Positions 49,347-61,991 are shown, counted from the stretch's first letter. The stretch is 64,000 nucleotides of DNA from Buchnera aphidicola (Meitanaphis elongallis) (GCA_039830015.1 CP140033.1:105233-169232), one strand, 5' to 3'. Program-made: numbers and translations. Notes: generated from the sequence alone by a model not told the origin.

Positions 49347-52174
49347 TATAGAAATTTACGTGTTTCACCTGATCCTGAAATATTTAAAATACATCTTTTG
49401 CATATTTTTAAATTTTCGTTAATGTCTTCAATATTAGTAATAATATGCCAACATCGGGTACATTTTCTCCCGTTTATTTTAGAGACGTGTATTTTAAAAT
49501 GTTTGATTAATGCACTTTTTATGGAATGATTGGGAGCAAAAGAATAATTTTTTATTTTAACTTGTGATGTTAAAAATAAAAATTTTAGTTCATTTTTTAA
49601 TAATTTTAGTTTTTCTTTAAGACTATTATCAACATATAGTGTAATTGATGATTCTAGAGAATTACCTAATATTTTGTTTTTCCTAGCGTGATCTAAAGCT
49701 TTATTGATCTCATTTTTAATAATTAGTAATTCATTCCAATATTGGTTGTTCATAATGTAGCTGTCATTTAAGTAAAATAGTTGATCAAACCATTCTTCGG
49801 TAAATATAGATTTGCTTTTTTTTCCTGGTAAGTGATCCCATATTTCATCTGCGGTAAAAGACAGAATAGGTGCTATCCATCTTACAAGTGAATTTAAAAT
49901 AAGATGCATGGCGCTTTGGCCACTTCTTCTCGCAACACTATTGGGTTTTGTTAGATATTGTCTGTCTTTAATTATATCTAAATAAAAAGAACTCATTTCT
50001 ATTGAACAAAAACATGTTATGTGTTTGATTACATCATGGAAGTCATAACTATTATAACTATGGATTATTTTATTTTGAACTTCAAAGGTTTTTCCTATGA
50101 TCCATCGATCTAACATTATCATATTTTTAGAAGATATCATGTCTTGTTCATAATTGAAATCATATAAATTTGCGATAAGAAATCTAGTTGTATTTCGAAT
50201 TTTTCTGTAGATATCTGATGTTTGTTTAAGAATATTATCGGAAATAATAATTTCTTTAAAGTAGTTAGTAGAAGCTATCCATAATCTTAATATATCTGCT
50301 CCTAATTTTTTAATTATATCGTCAGGATGGATAGTATTTCCAATAGATTTGGACATTTTTTTTCCTTCTCTATCTACGATAAATCCATGAGTGATTACTG
50401 TACGATACGGAGGAGTAGCATTAATAGCGGTAGATATTATGAGAGAGGACATAAACCAACCTCGATGTTGATCCGATCCTTCTATGTATAAGTCAGAGAT
50501 ATGATCATGATGGGTAATGTCTTTTTTATACACGTCAGAAAGCATTATAGATCCGGATTCAAACCAAATATCTAAAATGTCTGTTACTTTAACATATTGG
50601 TTTGATTCATTACCCAATAATGTATCTTGATCTAAATCGAACCATGCTTGAATTCCTTTTTCTTTTACACTATTTATGACATGATCGATAATTGAAAATA
50701 GTTTAGGATGTAATTTTCCTGTTTCTTTATGAAAAAAGATAGGAATGGGAACTCCCCATGTTCTTTGTCTAGATATGCACCAATCTGGGCGATGAGATAT
50801 CAAATTAATCATTTTTTCTTTTCCCCAGTTTGGCAGCCATTTAACTTTTTGAATTTGTTTTATACAACTTTTTTTCAAATTGTTATGGTTCATGTCGATA
50901 AACCATTGTTGAGTAGCTCGAGAGATAATAGGTGTTTTATGTCTCCAACAATGTGGATAAGTGTGAGTAAAATTTTCGTATTTTAATAAGGCATTATTAT
51001 TTTTTAACAGTTCAATAATTATTTTTATAGATTTAAAGATATTTATTCCGTTTAATTTAGGATGAACATCAGCTATAAAGTTTCCATTTCCATCAATTGT
51101 TTGTGTTACATTAATTTTATATTTTTTGCTAACTTCATAATCATCGTTTCCAAATTCTGAAGCTATATGTACGGCTCCTGTACCTAATTCTAATGTTGCA
51201 TGTTGTGATAAGATAATTGGGATTTTAATGTTTAAGAATGGATGAATAAATTGTGTATTTTCAAGAAGTTTTCCGGATGTTGTACCTAGAACATTCCATC
51301 GTTTAATTTTGCATTTCTGCATAGTAGTTTGTACTAGTTCTTTTGCTAATATTAATGTTTGCTCTGGTGTTTGTATAAGCTGATAACATAAATTAGGATT
51401 TAATGCAATAGCTCTATTTGCTGGTAAACTCCAAGGTGTAGTAGTCCAGATCACTATATATGGTGTAATGTAATTATTTAAGTTAGTAACATTGAATATT
51501 TTTTTAATAATTTTATTATTAGTAGTTTTAAATTTTACAAAAGTAGAAATAGACGATTTGAGATCGTATTCAACTTCTGCTTCTGCCAATGCTGAACAAC
51601 AACTAATGCACCAATTAACTGGTTTAAAATCTCGATAAATGTAACCAAGTTTAATCATTTTAGCAAAAGTATTCATTATATGTGCTTCGTTTTTAAAATT
51701 CATCGTTAAATATGCATTATTCCAGTCTCCTAATACTCCTAATCTAGTAAATTCTTTTTTTTGATGATTTACTTGAGTATCGGCATATTTTCTACATTGG
51801 TTTCGAAAAGTATTTGTCGTAATGTTATTTATTTCATCTTTTTGGTTCATTTTTTCAATTTTATGTTCAATAGGTAATCCATGGCAATCCCAAGAGGGAG
51901 TATAAGGAGCATCGAATCCCGACATGTTTTTTGATTTAATAATAATATCTTTTAAGATTTTATTTGCTGCATGTCCAATATGAATATTTCCATTAGCATA
52001 TGGAGGACCGTCATGTAAAAAAAATTTTTTTTTATTTTTTTTATTTTTTCTAATGGTATTATAAACGTTATTTTTTTCCCATTTTTTAAGAATTGTTGGT
52101 TCTTTTTCAGATAAGTTACCTTTCATTGAAAAGTTGGTATGAGGTAAATTTAGAGTTGATTTATAATCAGTCAT
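49346..52174 (-). CDS. ileS: isoleucyl-tRNA synthetase
   Basis: 942 aa. It begins [21 protein letters not shown] and has the HIGH motif (NIHIGHAAN), KMSKS, and the C-terminal zinc cysteines CTRCWH...CKRC. Confidence 0.97.
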   Translation of the reverse strand: MTDYKSTLNLPHTNFSMKGNLSEKEPTILKKWEKNNVYNTIRKNKKNKKKFFLHDGPPYANGNIHIGHAANKILKDIIIKSKNMSGFDAPYTPSWDCHGLPIEHKIEKMNQKDEINNITTNTFRNQCRKYADTQVNHQKKEFTRLGVLGDWNNAYLTMNFKNEAHIMNTFAKMIKLGYIYRDFKPVNWCISCCSALAEAEVEYDLKSSISTFVKFKTTNNKIIKKIFNVTNLNNYITPYIVIWTTTPWSLPANRAIALNPNLCYQLIQTPEQTLILAKELVQTTMQKCKIKRWNVLGTTSGKLLENTQFIHPFLNIKIPIILSQHATLELGTGAVHIASEFGNDDYEVSKKYKINVTQTIDGNGNFIADVHPKLNGINIFKSIKIIIELLKNNNALLKYENFTHTYPHCWRHKTPIISRATQQWFIDMNHNNLKKSCIKQIQKVKWLPNWGKEKMINLISHRPDWCISRQRTWGVPIPIFFHKETGKLHPKLFSIIDHVINSVKEKGIQAWFDLDQDTLLGNESNQYVKVTDILDIWFESGSIMLSDVYKKDITHHDHISDLYIEGSDQHRGWFMSSLIISTAINATPPYRTVITHGFIVDREGKKMSKSIGNTIHPDDIIKKLGADILRLWIASTNYFKEIIISDNILKQTSDIYRKIRNTTRFLIANLYDFNYEQDMISSKNMIMLDRWIIGKTFEVQNKIIHSYNSYDFHDVIKHITCFCSIEMSSFYLDIIKDRQYLTKPNSVARRSGQSAMHLILNSLVRWIAPILSFTADEIWDHLPGKKSKSIFTEEWFDQLFYLNDSYIMNNQYWNELLIIKNEINKALDHARKNKILGNSLESSITLYVDNSLKEKLKLLKNELKFLFLTSQVKIKNYSFAPNHSIKSALIKHFKIHVSKINGRKCTRCWHIITNIEDINENLKICKRCILNISGSGETRKFL

Positions 52175-52195
52175 TATTTTCTCTTTTTATGTATT

Positions 52196-53152
52196 TTATT
52201 TGTAATGTGATGTTTTATTAGAATATTTATTAAAGTGTAAGTTTGCTTCATTGACATCACATTTAATTTGTTTTTTTAAATTTTCTATAGAAGAAAAAAA
52301 AATTTCATTTCTTATTTTTTTGATGAAAATAACTTCTATGCGTTTTTTATATAAGTTTATAGAAACGTTTATTAAATGTACTTCGAGCATTTGTTTTATT
52401 CCTAGCATGGTGGGTCGAGTTCCGACGTTTGCTACTCCAAAGAACATTTGTTTTAACGAAAATACGAATACTTTTACTGCGAAAACTCCGCTAATTGGAG
52501 CTTTATTTTTGTATAGAGTTACGTTAGCTGTTGGAAATCCTATTAAAGTTCCATTTTTTTTTCCATGAATAACTCTTCCAGAGATACTAAAAGAACGTCC
52601 GAGTAATTTTTTAGCTAATTTTAAATCGTTGTTTTTTAATGCTATTCTGATAGCTGTGCTGCTTACTTTAATTTGGTTTATTTTAAGTATTTTAGTTGTA
52701 TAGACTTCAAAATTGAAATTTTTTCCCATTTCTTTTAAAAAAGTGATATTGCCTTGTTTTTTTGTTCCAAAACGAAAATTTTCTCCAACAGCTAAAAAGA
52801 AAATATTTAGTTTTTTAACTAATATTTTGGTTACAAAATTCATCGGATTTATTAAAGAAAAATTTTTATTAAAACAAATGCATAATATTATATCAATATC
52901 CCATTGGGATAGGTATTTTATTTTTTCTCGAAATGTCATTATTCGAGTAGGAGGATTTTTTGGATAAAAGAATTCTTTAGGTTGTGGTTCAAATATAATA
53001 ACAGTAGCTGGTTTTTTATGTTCTTCTTTTTTTTTGCAAATTAAGTTAAGTAGTTTTTGATGACCTAAATGTACTCCATCAAAATTTCCTATTGTTAAAA
53101 TACAAGAACGAGTTTTGAACTCAAGATGATTAATGTTTCTTATTAGTTTCAT
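52196..53152 (-). CDS. ribF: bifunctional riboflavin kinase / FMN adenylyltransferase
   Basis: 318 aa. It has LTIGNFDGVHLGHQKLL and GFPTAN, and lies upstream of ileS as in E. coli. Confidence 0.93.
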   Translation of the reverse strand: MKLIRNINHLEFKTRSCILTIGNFDGVHLGHQKLLNLICKKKEEHKKPATVIIFEPQPKEFFYPKNPPTRIMTFREKIKYLSQWDIDIILCICFNKNFSLINPMNFVTKILVKKLNIFFLAVGENFRFGTKKQGNITFLKEMGKNFNFEVYTTKILKINQIKVSSTAIRIALKNNDLKLAKKLLGRSFSISGRVIHGKKNGTLIGFPTANVTLYKNKAPISGVFAVKVFVFSLKQMFFGVANVGTRPTMLGIKQMLEVHLINVSINLYKKRIEVIFIKKIRNEIFFSSIENLKKQIKCDVNEANLHFNKYSNKTSHYK

Positions 53153-53370
53153 AGTAAGTAATATTTTAATAATGAAAGATGGTATAAATTTTTCAGTTAA
53201 ATATAATTTTTATGTCATAAATGATTTTTATAAATTGTATAGAATCCATAGTAGATCATGTTAAAATAACATATAAATATGGTGAGTGTGTGTTTCATTT
53301 GATGATATTATATAGTGTTATGTACATATTTTGAATTATTCTGTTTAAGGTCATATAGGGAGCACATATT

Positions 53371-53634
53371 TTGGCGAATTTAAAGTCATCTAAAAAAAGT
53401 TCTGTAAAATCTGAAAAAATAAGACGTTGTAATTCTAGTAAAAGATCTAGAATCAAAACTTTTATAAAGAAAGTAAATGTTGAAATATTATTAGGAAATA
53501 AAGAAAGGGCACAATTGCAATTTAGTCAGGTTCAATCAATTTTAGATCGATATGCTACTAAAGGTTTAATTCATAAAAATAAAGCAGCAAGACACAAATC
53601 AAATTTAGAACATAAGATTAAATTATTAGCTTAA
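53371..53634 (+). CDS. rpsT: 30S ribosomal protein S20, TTG start
   Basis: 87 aa, beginning (M)ANLKSSKK and ending [24 protein letters not shown], which is nearly identical to E. coli S20. TTG at 53371 is preceded by GGGAG at 53358-53362. Confidence 0.95.
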   Translation: MANLKSSKKSSVKSEKIRRCNSSKRSRIKTFIKKVNVEILLGNKERAQLQFSQVQSILDRYATKGLIHKNKAARHKSNLEHKIKLLA

Positions 53635-53671
53635 ACATTATAGAAAGATAAAGTAGTAAACGTTCATTTTT

Positions 53672-53710
53672 AAAATTTGCTTCCATAAAAGTTATATAGA
53701 AGCAAATTTT
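53672..53710. terminator. bidirectional terminator between convergent rpsT and dnaJ
   Basis: A perfect 12-bp stem pairs AAAATTTGCTTC (53672-53683) with GAAGCAAATTTT (53699-53710). The loop is 15 nt. A-runs and T-runs lie on both sides, so a U-tract follows on either strand. Confidence 0.7.
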
Positions 53711-53717
53711 TTAAGGT

Positions 53718-54857
53718 TTATTTAGTAAGATCATCAAAGAACCTTTTTACTCCTTCAAAAAATCGTTTTGATTTAGGACTATTTTTTTCTCCTTTAAATC
53801 CATCGAAACTTTCTCCTAATTGGTATAAAAGGTATTTTTGCTGTTCATTAAGATTTACTGGAGTTTCTACGATTATCTTACATAATAAATCTCCTTTTTT
53901 TCTGTTTCTAATAGATTTTACTCCCTTTTCTTTAATTCTAAACAATCTTCCTGATTGTGTTTCTTCTGGAATTTTTAGTTTAACTTTTCCGTCTAATGTT
54001 GGTACTTCGATTTCTCCACCTAAAGCAGCCATAGAAAAATTTATTGGTACTTCACAATATAAATCGTTTTCTTTACGTTCGAAGATAGGATGTTTTTTTA
54101 CTATTATTTGAACATATAAATCTCCGGAAGAAGCTCCATTTTCACCTGCTTCTCCTTCGTTATTCAAACGAATTCGATCGTCTGTGTTTACTCCAGGTGG
54201 AATTTTAACTGATAAAATTTTAGATTTTTCTATTTTTCCATGACCATGACATGTATAGCATGGAAATTGTATTATACTTCCTTTTCCTTGACATTGTGGG
54301 CATGTTTGTTGAACAGTAAAAAATCCTCTTCTTATTTGTATTTGTCCATGTCCGCGACATTTTTGACAATTTTTAGGTTTTGATCCAGATTGAGCTCCAC
54401 TTCCATAACATGATGGACAAGTTTGTAAAGTAGGAATATGAATTTCTTTTGTGGTTCCTCTTACAGCTTCTTCTAGAGTTAAATTCATGTTATAACGTAA
54501 ATCGGACCCTTTAGTAGACCTTTTCGTTCTATTTCCATTAAATATGTCTCCGAATACATCACCAAATATGTCACTAAAATCTGAGCTATTACTAAAATTA
54601 TGAGTAAACGTAGTGTTTCTTGTATTTCCTTGTTCGAATGCAGCATGTCCATATTGATCATATGTTGCTCTTTTTTCTGTATCACTTAAAATTTCGTATG
54701 CTTCTTTAATTTTTTTAAATTTTTCTTCAGATGCTTTGTTTCCTTGATTTCTGTCTGGATGATATTTCATCGCTAGTTTTTTATATGCTTTTTTTATATC
54801 TCGTTCGTCGGATGATTGACTAATTCCTAAAATTTGATAAAGATCTTGTTTTGACAT
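53718..54857 (-). CDS. dnaJ: chaperone DnaJ (Hsp40)
   Basis: I placed the start at ATG 54857, giving [12 protein letters not shown]...YHPDRN (J domain). It has four CxxCxGxG zinc-finger repeats and is 379 aa. The track start at 54929 runs through the intercistronic hairpin. Confidence 0.96.
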   Translation of the reverse strand: MSKQDLYQILGISQSSDERDIKKAYKKLAMKYHPDRNQGNKASEEKFKKIKEAYEILSDTEKRATYDQYGHAAFEQGNTRNTTFTHNFSNSSDFSDIFGDVFGDIFNGNRTKRSTKGSDLRYNMNLTLEEAVRGTTKEIHIPTLQTCPSCYGSGAQSGSKPKNCQKCRGHGQIQIRRGFFTVQQTCPQCQGKGSIIQFPCYTCHGHGKIEKSKILSVKIPPGVNTDDRIRLNNEGEAGENGASSGDLYVQIIVKKHPIFERKENDLYCEVPINFSMAALGGEIEVPTLDGKVKLKIPEETQSGRLFRIKEKGVKSIRNRKKGDLLCKIIVETPVNLNEQQKYLLYQLGESFDGFKGEKNSPKSKRFFEGVKRFFDDLTK

Positions 54858-54895
54858 TCTTACTTTTCCTGGTTGTATAAATCTTAACACGAGCA

Positions 54896-54929
54896 TAATA
54901 AAAATTTTATGCTCGTGTTTTTTATTCAT
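54896..54929 (-). promoter_or_regulatory. perfect 13-bp stem-loop in the dnaK-dnaJ intercistronic spacer
   Basis: AACACGAGCATAA (54896-54908) pairs with TTATGCTCGTGTT (54917-54929) with an 8-nt loop. It lies 24 nt after the dnaK stop and 38 nt before the dnaJ ATG. Confidence 0.6.
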
Positions 54930-54952
54930 TTCTAATTATTTATTAATAAATA

Positions 54953-56863
54953 TTATTTTTTTGGATCTTTTACTTCTTCAAATTCTGCATCTACTACGTT
55001 TTCTTCTGATTTAGAAGAATTTGTATTATTATTAGAATTAGGTTTTGAGTTTGGTGTAGTATTTTCCATTAATTTTGAAGAAAATTTTAATACATTTTGT
55101 ATTTTTTGTTCTATATTGGTCTTATTTTCTTCTTTTAGAGCTTTATCTAATTCATCTAAGGCTATTTTTATATTGTTTTGATCTTCTTTACTCATAGTTT
55201 TTTCTGCATTTTTTAGTTGTTTTTTAGTACTATGAGAGATTTGATCTCCTTGATTTCTTGTTTTGATCAGTTCTTCAAAGTGTTTATCTGATTCAGAGTT
55301 AACTTCTGCATCTGATATCATTTTTTTAATTTCTGTTTCGTTTAGTCCAGATGATGATTTAATGGTAATTTTTTGTTCTTTTCCTGTATTTTTATCTTTT
55401 GCCGATACATGTAATATACCGTCTGCGTCTATATCAAACGTTACTTCAATTTGTGCCATTCCTCTTGGTGCAGGTTGAATACCATCTAAATTGAATTGAC
55501 CTAATGATTTATTGTCTATTGATCTTTTACGCTCTCCTTGAAGTACATGTATTGTTACGGCTGATTGATTATCTTCTGCAGTAGAAAATACTTGGCTATG
55601 TTTTGTTGGAATTGTTGTATTTTTATTAATTAATGTAGTCATTATACCACCCATAGTTTCTATACCTAAGGATAGTGGTGTAACGTCTAATAATAATACA
55701 TCTTTTACTTCTCCGGATAGTACTCCTCCTTGCACTGCTGCACCGACAGCTACAGCTTCGTCTGGATTAACATCTTTTCTTGGTTCTTTTTTAAAGAAAT
55801 CAGCTACTCTTTTTTGAACCATAGGCATTCTTGTTTGCCCACCTACTAAAATAACGTCGTTAATATCCGAAATAGACAATTTTGCATCTTTTAATGCAGT
55901 TTTTAAAGGTTCAATAGATTTAGTTATTAGATCTTCTACTAAAGATTCTAATTTAGATCTAGTTACTTTAATATTTAGATGTTTTGGCCCATTAGAATCT
56001 GCTGTGATATAAGGAAGATTAACATCGGTTTGCTGTGCAGAAGATAATTCAATTTTTGCTTTTTCTGCAGCTTCTTTCAAACGTTGCATAGCTAATGGAT
56101 CATTTCTTAAATCAGTACCTTGATCTTTTTTAAATTCTTCAGATAGATAGTTTATTAATCTACTATCAAAGTCTTCTCCTCCAAGATGAGTGTCTCCATT
56201 TGTAGCTAATACTTCAAAAGTTTTTTCTTTGTCGACATTATCTATTTCTATTATTGAAATATCAAATGTTCCCCCACCTAGATCATATACAGCAATGATT
56301 TTGTTGTTTTTATCTTTGTCTAAGCCGTAAGCTAATGCTGCAGCTGTTGGTTCATTAATAATTCTTTTTACGTCTAATCCTGCAATTCTTCCTGCATCTT
56401 TTGTTGCTTGTCTTTGAGCATCATTGAAATATGCAGGAACTGTGATAACAGCTTCTGTTATTTTTTCTCCTAAATAATCTTCTGCGGTTTTTTTCATTTT
56501 TTTTAATACTTCTGCAGAAATTTGAGGAGGAGCTAATTTTTGTTTTTTAATGTTGATCCATGCATCTCCATTATCAGATTTTATTATTTTATATGGCATT
56601 ATTTTAATATCACGTTGTACTTCTTCATCGGTAAATTTTCTTCCAATCAAACGTTTTATTGCAAATAATGTGTTTTTTGGATTAGTTATGGCTTGACGTT
56701 TAGCAGGTTTTCCTACTAATATTTCTCCATTTTCGGTATATGCTATTATTGATGGTGTTGTTCGGTCACCTTCTGCATTTTCTAATACACGTGTTTTTTT
56801 TCCATCCATAATTGCAATACAAGAATTAGTGGTTCCTAAATCGATACCAATGATTTTACTCAT
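54953..56863 (-). CDS. dnaK: chaperone DnaK (Hsp70)
   Basis: 636 aa, beginning [15 protein letters not shown] and ending [14 protein letters not shown]. It is collinear with E. coli DnaK. Confidence 0.98.
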   Translation of the reverse strand: MSKIIGIDLGTTNSCIAIMDGKKTRVLENAEGDRTTPSIIAYTENGEILVGKPAKRQAITNPKNTLFAIKRLIGRKFTDEEVQRDIKIMPYKIIKSDNGDAWINIKKQKLAPPQISAEVLKKMKKTAEDYLGEKITEAVITVPAYFNDAQRQATKDAGRIAGLDVKRIINEPTAAALAYGLDKDKNNKIIAVYDLGGGTFDISIIEIDNVDKEKTFEVLATNGDTHLGGEDFDSRLINYLSEEFKKDQGTDLRNDPLAMQRLKEAAEKAKIELSSAQQTDVNLPYITADSNGPKHLNIKVTRSKLESLVEDLITKSIEPLKTALKDAKLSISDINDVILVGGQTRMPMVQKRVADFFKKEPRKDVNPDEAVAVGAAVQGGVLSGEVKDVLLLDVTPLSLGIETMGGIMTTLINKNTTIPTKHSQVFSTAEDNQSAVTIHVLQGERKRSIDNKSLGQFNLDGIQPAPRGMAQIEVTFDIDADGILHVSAKDKNTGKEQKITIKSSSGLNETEIKKMISDAEVNSESDKHFEELIKTRNQGDQISHSTKKQLKNAEKTMSKEDQNNIKIALDELDKALKEENKTNIEQKIQNVLKFSSKLMENTTPNSKPNSNNNTNSSKSEENVVDAEFEEVKDPKK

Positions 56864-56958
56864 AGTTTTTCCTTATTTAAATATGTAGAAGTGCAACTTA
56901 TTTTATATAGTTTTAAAGTTATTTTAAAATTTTTACAATTGTAATGCTTGATAATAAG

Positions 56959-56989
56959 TAGATGGGGTCAATTTTTTAATCATCAAGGC
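56959..56989 (-). promoter_or_regulatory. sigma32 (RpoH) heat-shock promoter of dnaK
   Basis: The minus strand reads GCCTTGATGA-TTAAAAAATTGA-CCCCATCTA. The -35 CTTGAT and -10 CCCCATCTA are separated by 14 nt, matching the sigma32 consensus CTTGAA-N13-15-CCCCATNTA. It lies about 95 nt upstream of the dnaK ATG, with a T10 tract just upstream of the -35. Confidence 0.8.
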
Positions 56990-57099
56990 TAAAAAAAAAA
57001 CTAGTTTAAAAATGTTTAAAACTTTATTTTAAATAGAAAGTTTCTGGTTTTTAGTTTAGTATATTCGTACTTTAATTGATATACTAAATTGATAAAATT

Positions 57100-57495
57100 A
57101 TGCATCATGTTATAAATGCATTTCATTGTCCTCAACAATGGGCTTTTTTCATATTTTTTTTGGTGGCTTTTTTTATATGTTTGTCTATATTATCATTGAG
57201 CACAGTATTAGGTGGAAAATCGCAATCTAGACATAAACATACGCCGTTTGAATCAGGAATAGATCCTGTTGATAGTGTTTTTCATTTAAATATGTTTATT
57301 AAGTTTTATTTAATTGCAATATATTTTGTATTATTTGATGTTGAAGCGTTGTATTTATATCTTTGGTCGATAAGTATTATTGAATCAGGTTGGATAGGTT
57401 TTATAGAAGTTATGTTTTTTGTTTTTTTTCTTTTATCTGGATTAGTTTATTTAATTCGCTTAAATTCATTAAATTGGAAATCAGAATATTTTTAG
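57100..57495 (+). CDS. nuoA: NADH-quinone oxidoreductase subunit A
   Basis: 131 aa. PFESGIDPV, FDVEALYLYLWS and GLVYLIRL match E. coli NuoA. It is the first gene of the nuo cluster. Confidence 0.93.
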   Translation: MHHVINAFHCPQQWAFFIFFLVAFFICLSILSLSTVLGGKSQSRHKHTPFESGIDPVDSVFHLNMFIKFYLIAIYFVLFDVEALYLYLWSISIIESGWIGFIEVMFFVFFLLSGLVYLIRLNSLNWKSEYF

Positions 57496-57534
57496 GAATA
57501 TTAATATTAAAGCTATTTTGAGGTAATTCATTTT

Positions 57535-58209
57535 ATGAAGTATACATTAACTAGAGTAGATGTTTCAAAAAAAAATAAAGATTATCCTCTTCAGAAGAAA
57601 GAGATTGTGTCTGATCCTCTCAAAAATTATATTCATAAAAATGTTTATATGGGAACAATTAGTAAATGCATTCATAATTTAGTAAATTGGGGCAGAAAAA
57701 ATTCTTTATGGCCCTATAATTTTGGTTTGTCATGCTGTTATGTAGAAATGGTTACTTCGTTTACGTCTATAAATGACGTTTCAAGATTTGGTTCTGAAGT
57801 ATTACGTGCATCTCCTAGACAGGCTGATTTTATGGTTATAGCGGGAACACCATTTATTAAAATGGTTCCAGTTATTCAACGTTTATACGATCAAATGTTA
57901 GAACCAAAATGGGTTATTTCTATGGGTTCCTGTGCTAATTCAGGGGGGATGTATGACGTTTACTCTGTTGTTCAAGGTGTAGATAAATTCCTACCTGTAG
58001 ATGTGTATATTCCTGGTTGTCCTCCTAGACCAGAAGCGTATATAGAAGGATTAATGTTATTACAGAAGTCTATATCTGAAGAGCGTCGTCCATTGTCTTG
58101 GGTGATAGGAGAGCAAGGAGTTTATCGTGCTAATATGCCTTCAGAAAGGAGTCGTCGTAGAAAGAGATATATTTCTATTAAACACCTTCGTTCTCCAGAT
58201 CAAATTTAG
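57535..58209 (+). CDS. nuoB: NADH-quinone oxidoreductase subunit B
   Basis: 224 aa. It has the N2 cluster cysteine motifs [17 protein letters not shown] and IPGCPPRPE. Confidence 0.96.
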   Translation: MKYTLTRVDVSKKNKDYPLQKKEIVSDPLKNYIHKNVYMGTISKCIHNLVNWGRKNSLWPYNFGLSCCYVEMVTSFTSINDVSRFGSEVLRASPRQADFMVIAGTPFIKMVPVIQRLYDQMLEPKWVISMGSCANSGGMYDVYSVVQGVDKFLPVDVYIPGCPPRPEAYIEGLMLLQKSISEERRPLSWVIGEQGVYRANMPSERSRRRKRYISIKHLRSPDQI

Positions 58210-58313
58210 GGTGTATTATGTTTAAGCTATGTTTTCAAAAATTTTATTATCGTAAATAGTTTATTGTATTGTATTTTTATTAATTTCACACTACGAAAAT
58301 TATTATGTAATTT

Positions 58314-60116
58314 ATGAAAGTAACTATTTCAACTAAGAATGATAATGCGATGAAGCATATTTCTGATGATCATATTAATAGTGATATTGTAGTAGAATTA
58401 TTTGAGTATTTTGGAAGAGACAAGTTTGTTCTTCAGTCTACTTTAATGGGAATTCCTACATTATGGATCGACAGTGATATGTTATTGAAAATTGGTAAAT
58501 TTTTATTAAGTATATATAATCCATATAACATGTTATTTGACCTTCATGGTGTAGATGAAAGATTTCGTACTAATCGTTGTCAATTACCGTTAGCTGACTT
58601 TTCAGTATTTTATCATTTTGTTTCTTTTTCTAGAAATAATGATGTAATATTTAAAATTGCGTTATTTAGTAACAAATTGAATGTAACTACATTAACTGGA
58701 TTATACCCAAACGCTAATTGGTATGAGCGAGAAACATGGGAAATGTTTGGAATAGTTTTTGATGATCATCCGCATTTAACTCGCATTATTATGCCAAAAA
58801 CTTGGAAAGGTCATCCATTACGAAAAGATTATTCTTCTAGGGCAACTGAATTTGATTTTTTTACTTTAAATCAATATAAAGAAGATGCAGAAATGGATGC
58901 ATTAAAATTTAAACCAGAAGAATGGGGAATGAAAAAGCAAGGAAAACATAGTCATTATATGTTTTTAAATTTAGGTCCGAATCATCCTTCTTCACATGGA
59001 GCTTTTCGTATTGTTTTACAGTTAGATGGAGAAAAAATAGTAGATTGTGTTCCAGATATTGGATACCACCATCGTGGTGCAGAAAAAATAGGAGAACGTC
59101 AAACTTGGCATAGTTATATTCCGTATACTGATCGAATTGAATATCTTGGCGGATGTGTTAATGAAATGCCTTACATTTTAGCAGTAGAAAAATTGGCAGG
59201 TATTGTGGTTCCAAAAAAAGTAGAAGTAATTCGCATTATGTTATCAGAATTGTTTAGGATTAATAGCCATTTATTGTATATTTCTACTTTTATTCAAGAT
59301 GTAGGGGCTATGACACCCATATTTTTAGCTTTTACTGATCGTCAAAGAATTTACGATATTATTGAAGCAATTACTGGTTTTCGTATGCATCCAGCGTGGT
59401 TTAGGATTGGAGGGATAGCACATGATTTACCAAAAGGGTGGAATAGGTTATTAGAAAAATTTCTTATATGGATGCCAAATAGATTAACTAAATACATTAA
59501 TACTTCGTTAAAAAACAGTATTTTAATTAGTCGGTCGAAGGGTATAGCAGGATATAATAAGTGTGAAGCATTAAAATGGGGTATTACAGGATCTGGATTA
59601 CGTGCTACTGGTTTAGATTTTGACGTTCGAAAGAAACGACCTTATTCAGGGTATCATAACTTTGAATTTGAGATACCTATAGGAGATGGTCTTAGTGATT
59701 GTTATTCTCGAGTAATGTTGAAAGTAGAAGAGATTTGGCAAAGTCTTCATATTTTAAAACAATGTTTAAATAATATGCCAGAGGGTCCTTTTAAGGCAGA
59801 TCATCCGTTAACTACTCCTCCACTTAAAGAACATATGTTTCAGCACATCGAAACTATGATTACTCATTTTTTACAAGTATCTTGGGGTCCAGTAATACCT
59901 CATAATGAGAGTTTTCAAATGATTGAAGCAACTAAAGGTATTAACAGTTACTATTTAATTAGTGATGGAAGTACTACAAGTTATAGAACTAGAATAAGAA
60001 CGCCTAGTTTTCCTCATTTACAGCAAATACCGTCAGTTATTCGTGGGAGTTTAATATCAGATTTAATAGTTTATTTAGGTAGTATTGATTTTGTTATGTC
60101 TGATGTTGATCGTTAA
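58314..60116 (+). CDS. nuoC: NADH-quinone oxidoreductase fused subunit C/D
   Basis: 600 aa, a fused NuoCD as in E. coli. [14 protein letters not shown] is in the C part, [23 protein letters not shown] is in the D part, and the protein ends [12 protein letters not shown]. Confidence 0.97.
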   Translation: MKVTISTKNDNAMKHISDDHINSDIVVELFEYFGRDKFVLQSTLMGIPTLWIDSDMLLKIGKFLLSIYNPYNMLFDLHGVDERFRTNRCQLPLADFSVFYHFVSFSRNNDVIFKIALFSNKLNVTTLTGLYPNANWYERETWEMFGIVFDDHPHLTRIIMPKTWKGHPLRKDYSSRATEFDFFTLNQYKEDAEMDALKFKPEEWGMKKQGKHSHYMFLNLGPNHPSSHGAFRIVLQLDGEKIVDCVPDIGYHHRGAEKIGERQTWHSYIPYTDRIEYLGGCVNEMPYILAVEKLAGIVVPKKVEVIRIMLSELFRINSHLLYISTFIQDVGAMTPIFLAFTDRQRIYDIIEAITGFRMHPAWFRIGGIAHDLPKGWNRLLEKFLIWMPNRLTKYINTSLKNSILISRSKGIAGYNKCEALKWGITGSGLRATGLDFDVRKKRPYSGYHNFEFEIPIGDGLSDCYSRVMLKVEEIWQSLHILKQCLNNMPEGPFKADHPLTTPPLKEHMFQHIETMITHFLQVSWGPVIPHNESFQMIEATKGINSYYLISDGSTTSYRTRIRTPSFPHLQQIPSVIRGSLISDLIVYLGSIDFVMSDVDR

Positions 60117-60123
60117 AGTGAAT

Positions 60124-60618
60124 ATGTTAAAAGAAAAATTTCACAACATTTTTATGTTAAGTAATGAAGAAAAAAAAGCAATATTAAAAGAAAAAAATAA
60201 TTATGAAGATTCTCGTGCAAGTTCTATAGAAGCTTTAAAAATAGTACAAAAAAATAGAGGTTGGGTTTCTAAACAAGCTATTTATGCAATTTCTAAAATA
60301 CTTGAAATGTCCGCCAGTGATTTAGAAGAAGTTGCAACGTTTTATAGTCAAATTTTTAGACGACCAGTAGGACGAAATGTGATACGTTATTGCGATAGTG
60401 TAGTATGTTATATGCATGGTTGTGAAAACATTAGGGCTTGTTTAGAGAATAAGTTAAATATTGTTATTGGAGAAACTACAAGGGATTTTCGTTTTACCTT
60501 ATTACCGATATGTTGTTTAGGAAATTGTGATAAAGCTCCTACTTTAATGATTAATGACAATATTTATTCGCGTTTGACTTTAAAAACAGTAGTTGAATTA
60601 TTGGAATTATATCAGTGA
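60124..60618 (+). CDS. nuoE: NADH-quinone oxidoreductase subunit E
   Basis: I placed the start at ATG 60124 (MLKEKF, 164 aa). [15 protein letters not shown], the 2Fe-2S cysteines YCDSVVC and [10 protein letters not shown] are present. The track start at 60085 overlaps the nuoCD tail. Confidence 0.95.
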   Translation: MLKEKFHNIFMLSNEEKKAILKEKNNYEDSRASSIEALKIVQKNRGWVSKQAIYAISKILEMSASDLEEVATFYSQIFRRPVGRNVIRYCDSVVCYMHGCENIRACLENKLNIVIGETTRDFRFTLLPICCLGNCDKAPTLMINDNIYSRLTLKTVVELLELYQ

Positions 60619-61991
60619 AAAAGATATTGTTAACTTCAGAAACTCATCCATTAACTTGGTGGTTAAATGATAATAAAGGTGTAATATGGATCGAAGAATA
60701 TAAAAAAAAGGGAGGTTATCTTGCTTTTAAAAAAGCAATTGAGACTATTGAACCTAGTAAAATTATAGACATTATAAAATGCTCTGGATTGAAAGGACGT
60801 GGTGGAGCAGGTTTTTCTACAGGAGTGAAGTGGAGCTTAATGTCTCAAAATAATAGTAGTTCTATGCGCTATTTGTTATGTAATGCTGATGAAATGGAGC
60901 CAGGAACGTATAAAGATAAATTTTTAATAGAACGAATTCCTCATCAATTATTAGAAGGAATTTTAATTAGTTCATTAGCTCTAAGAGTTAGAAAAAGTTA
61001 TATCTTTTTAAGATATGAATATGTTAATGCTGAGCGTATTTTAATTAGAGCTATTAATGAAGCAAAAAAACATGGATATATAGGAAACAATGTTTTGCGA
61101 TCTGGTCTAGATTTTGAGATCATTTTACATAGTGGTGCCGGTCGTTATATTTGCGGGGAAGAAACTGCTTTAATTAATTCTTTAGAAGGCAAACGAGCTA
61201 ATCCAAGATTTAAGCCTCCTTTCCCTGCTTTGGTTGGAGTTTGGGGGAAACCTACTTGTGTAAATAACGTAGAGACATTATCTAACGTGCCTTCAATTAT
61301 TTTGCATGGAGTAGAATGGTATAAGAGTTTGTCAAAGAGTGTTGATTCTGGTACTAAAATTATGGGGTTTTCAGGAAAAGTTAAAAATCCTGGATTATGG
61401 GAGTTGCCTTTTGGAACTACAGCACGCGAGATATTGGAAGATTATGCTGGTGGTATGCATGATGGATTAACATTGAAAGCATGGCAGCCAGGTGGAGCGA
61501 GTACAGATTTTTTAACATCTGAACATATTGATGTGCCTATGGATTTTTTTAGTGTGCAGAATGCAGGTAGTCGGTTAGGAACAGCACTTGCTATGGCAAT
61601 AGATAATAACGCAAATATGGTGTCTTTGGTTAGAAATATAGAAGAATTTTTTTCTCGCGAATCATGTGGCTGGTGTACTCCATGTCGTGATGGTTTACCC
61701 TGGATTGTATCTATTTTAAGATCTTTAGAAAGAAAGCAAGGAAGAAAACATGATATTGAAACTTTAGAACAATTATGTCATCAATTAGGTCCTGGAAAAA
61801 CATTTTGTGCACATGCACCTGGAGCTGTTGCGCCATTAAAAAGTGCTATTAAATATTTTCGTATGGAATTTGAATGTGGTGTTGAATTATCATCTGTTAT
61901 TGATGTTAAATTAATAGAGAATGTTTCATCTTATAATGAGATTTTAGATAAAGTTGAGTATGATAATAAATTTAAAAGTAAATATGATTAA
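60615..61991 (+). CDS. nuoF: NADH-quinone oxidoreductase subunit F
   Basis: 458 aa with a GTG start in a GTGA overlap with the nuoE stop. It has the FMN/NADH motifs [13 protein letters not shown] and [19 protein letters not shown], and the N3 cluster motif [12 protein letters not shown]. Confidence 0.96.
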   Translation: MKKILLTSETHPLTWWLNDNKGVIWIEEYKKKGGYLAFKKAIETIEPSKIIDIIKCSGLKGRGGAGFSTGVKWSLMSQNNSSSMRYLLCNADEMEPGTYKDKFLIERIPHQLLEGILISSLALRVRKSYIFLRYEYVNAERILIRAINEAKKHGYIGNNVLRSGLDFEIILHSGAGRYICGEETALINSLEGKRANPRFKPPFPALVGVWGKPTCVNNVETLSNVPSIILHGVEWYKSLSKSVDSGTKIMGFSGKVKNPGLWELPFGTTAREILEDYAGGMHDGLTLKAWQPGGASTDFLTSEHIDVPMDFFSVQNAGSRLGTALAMAIDNNANMVSLVRNIEEFFSRESCGWCTPCRDGLPWIVSILRSLERKQGRKHDIETLEQLCHQLGPGKTFCAHAPGAVAPLKSAIKYFRMEFECGVELSSVIDVKLIENVSSYNEILDKVEYDNKFKSKYD

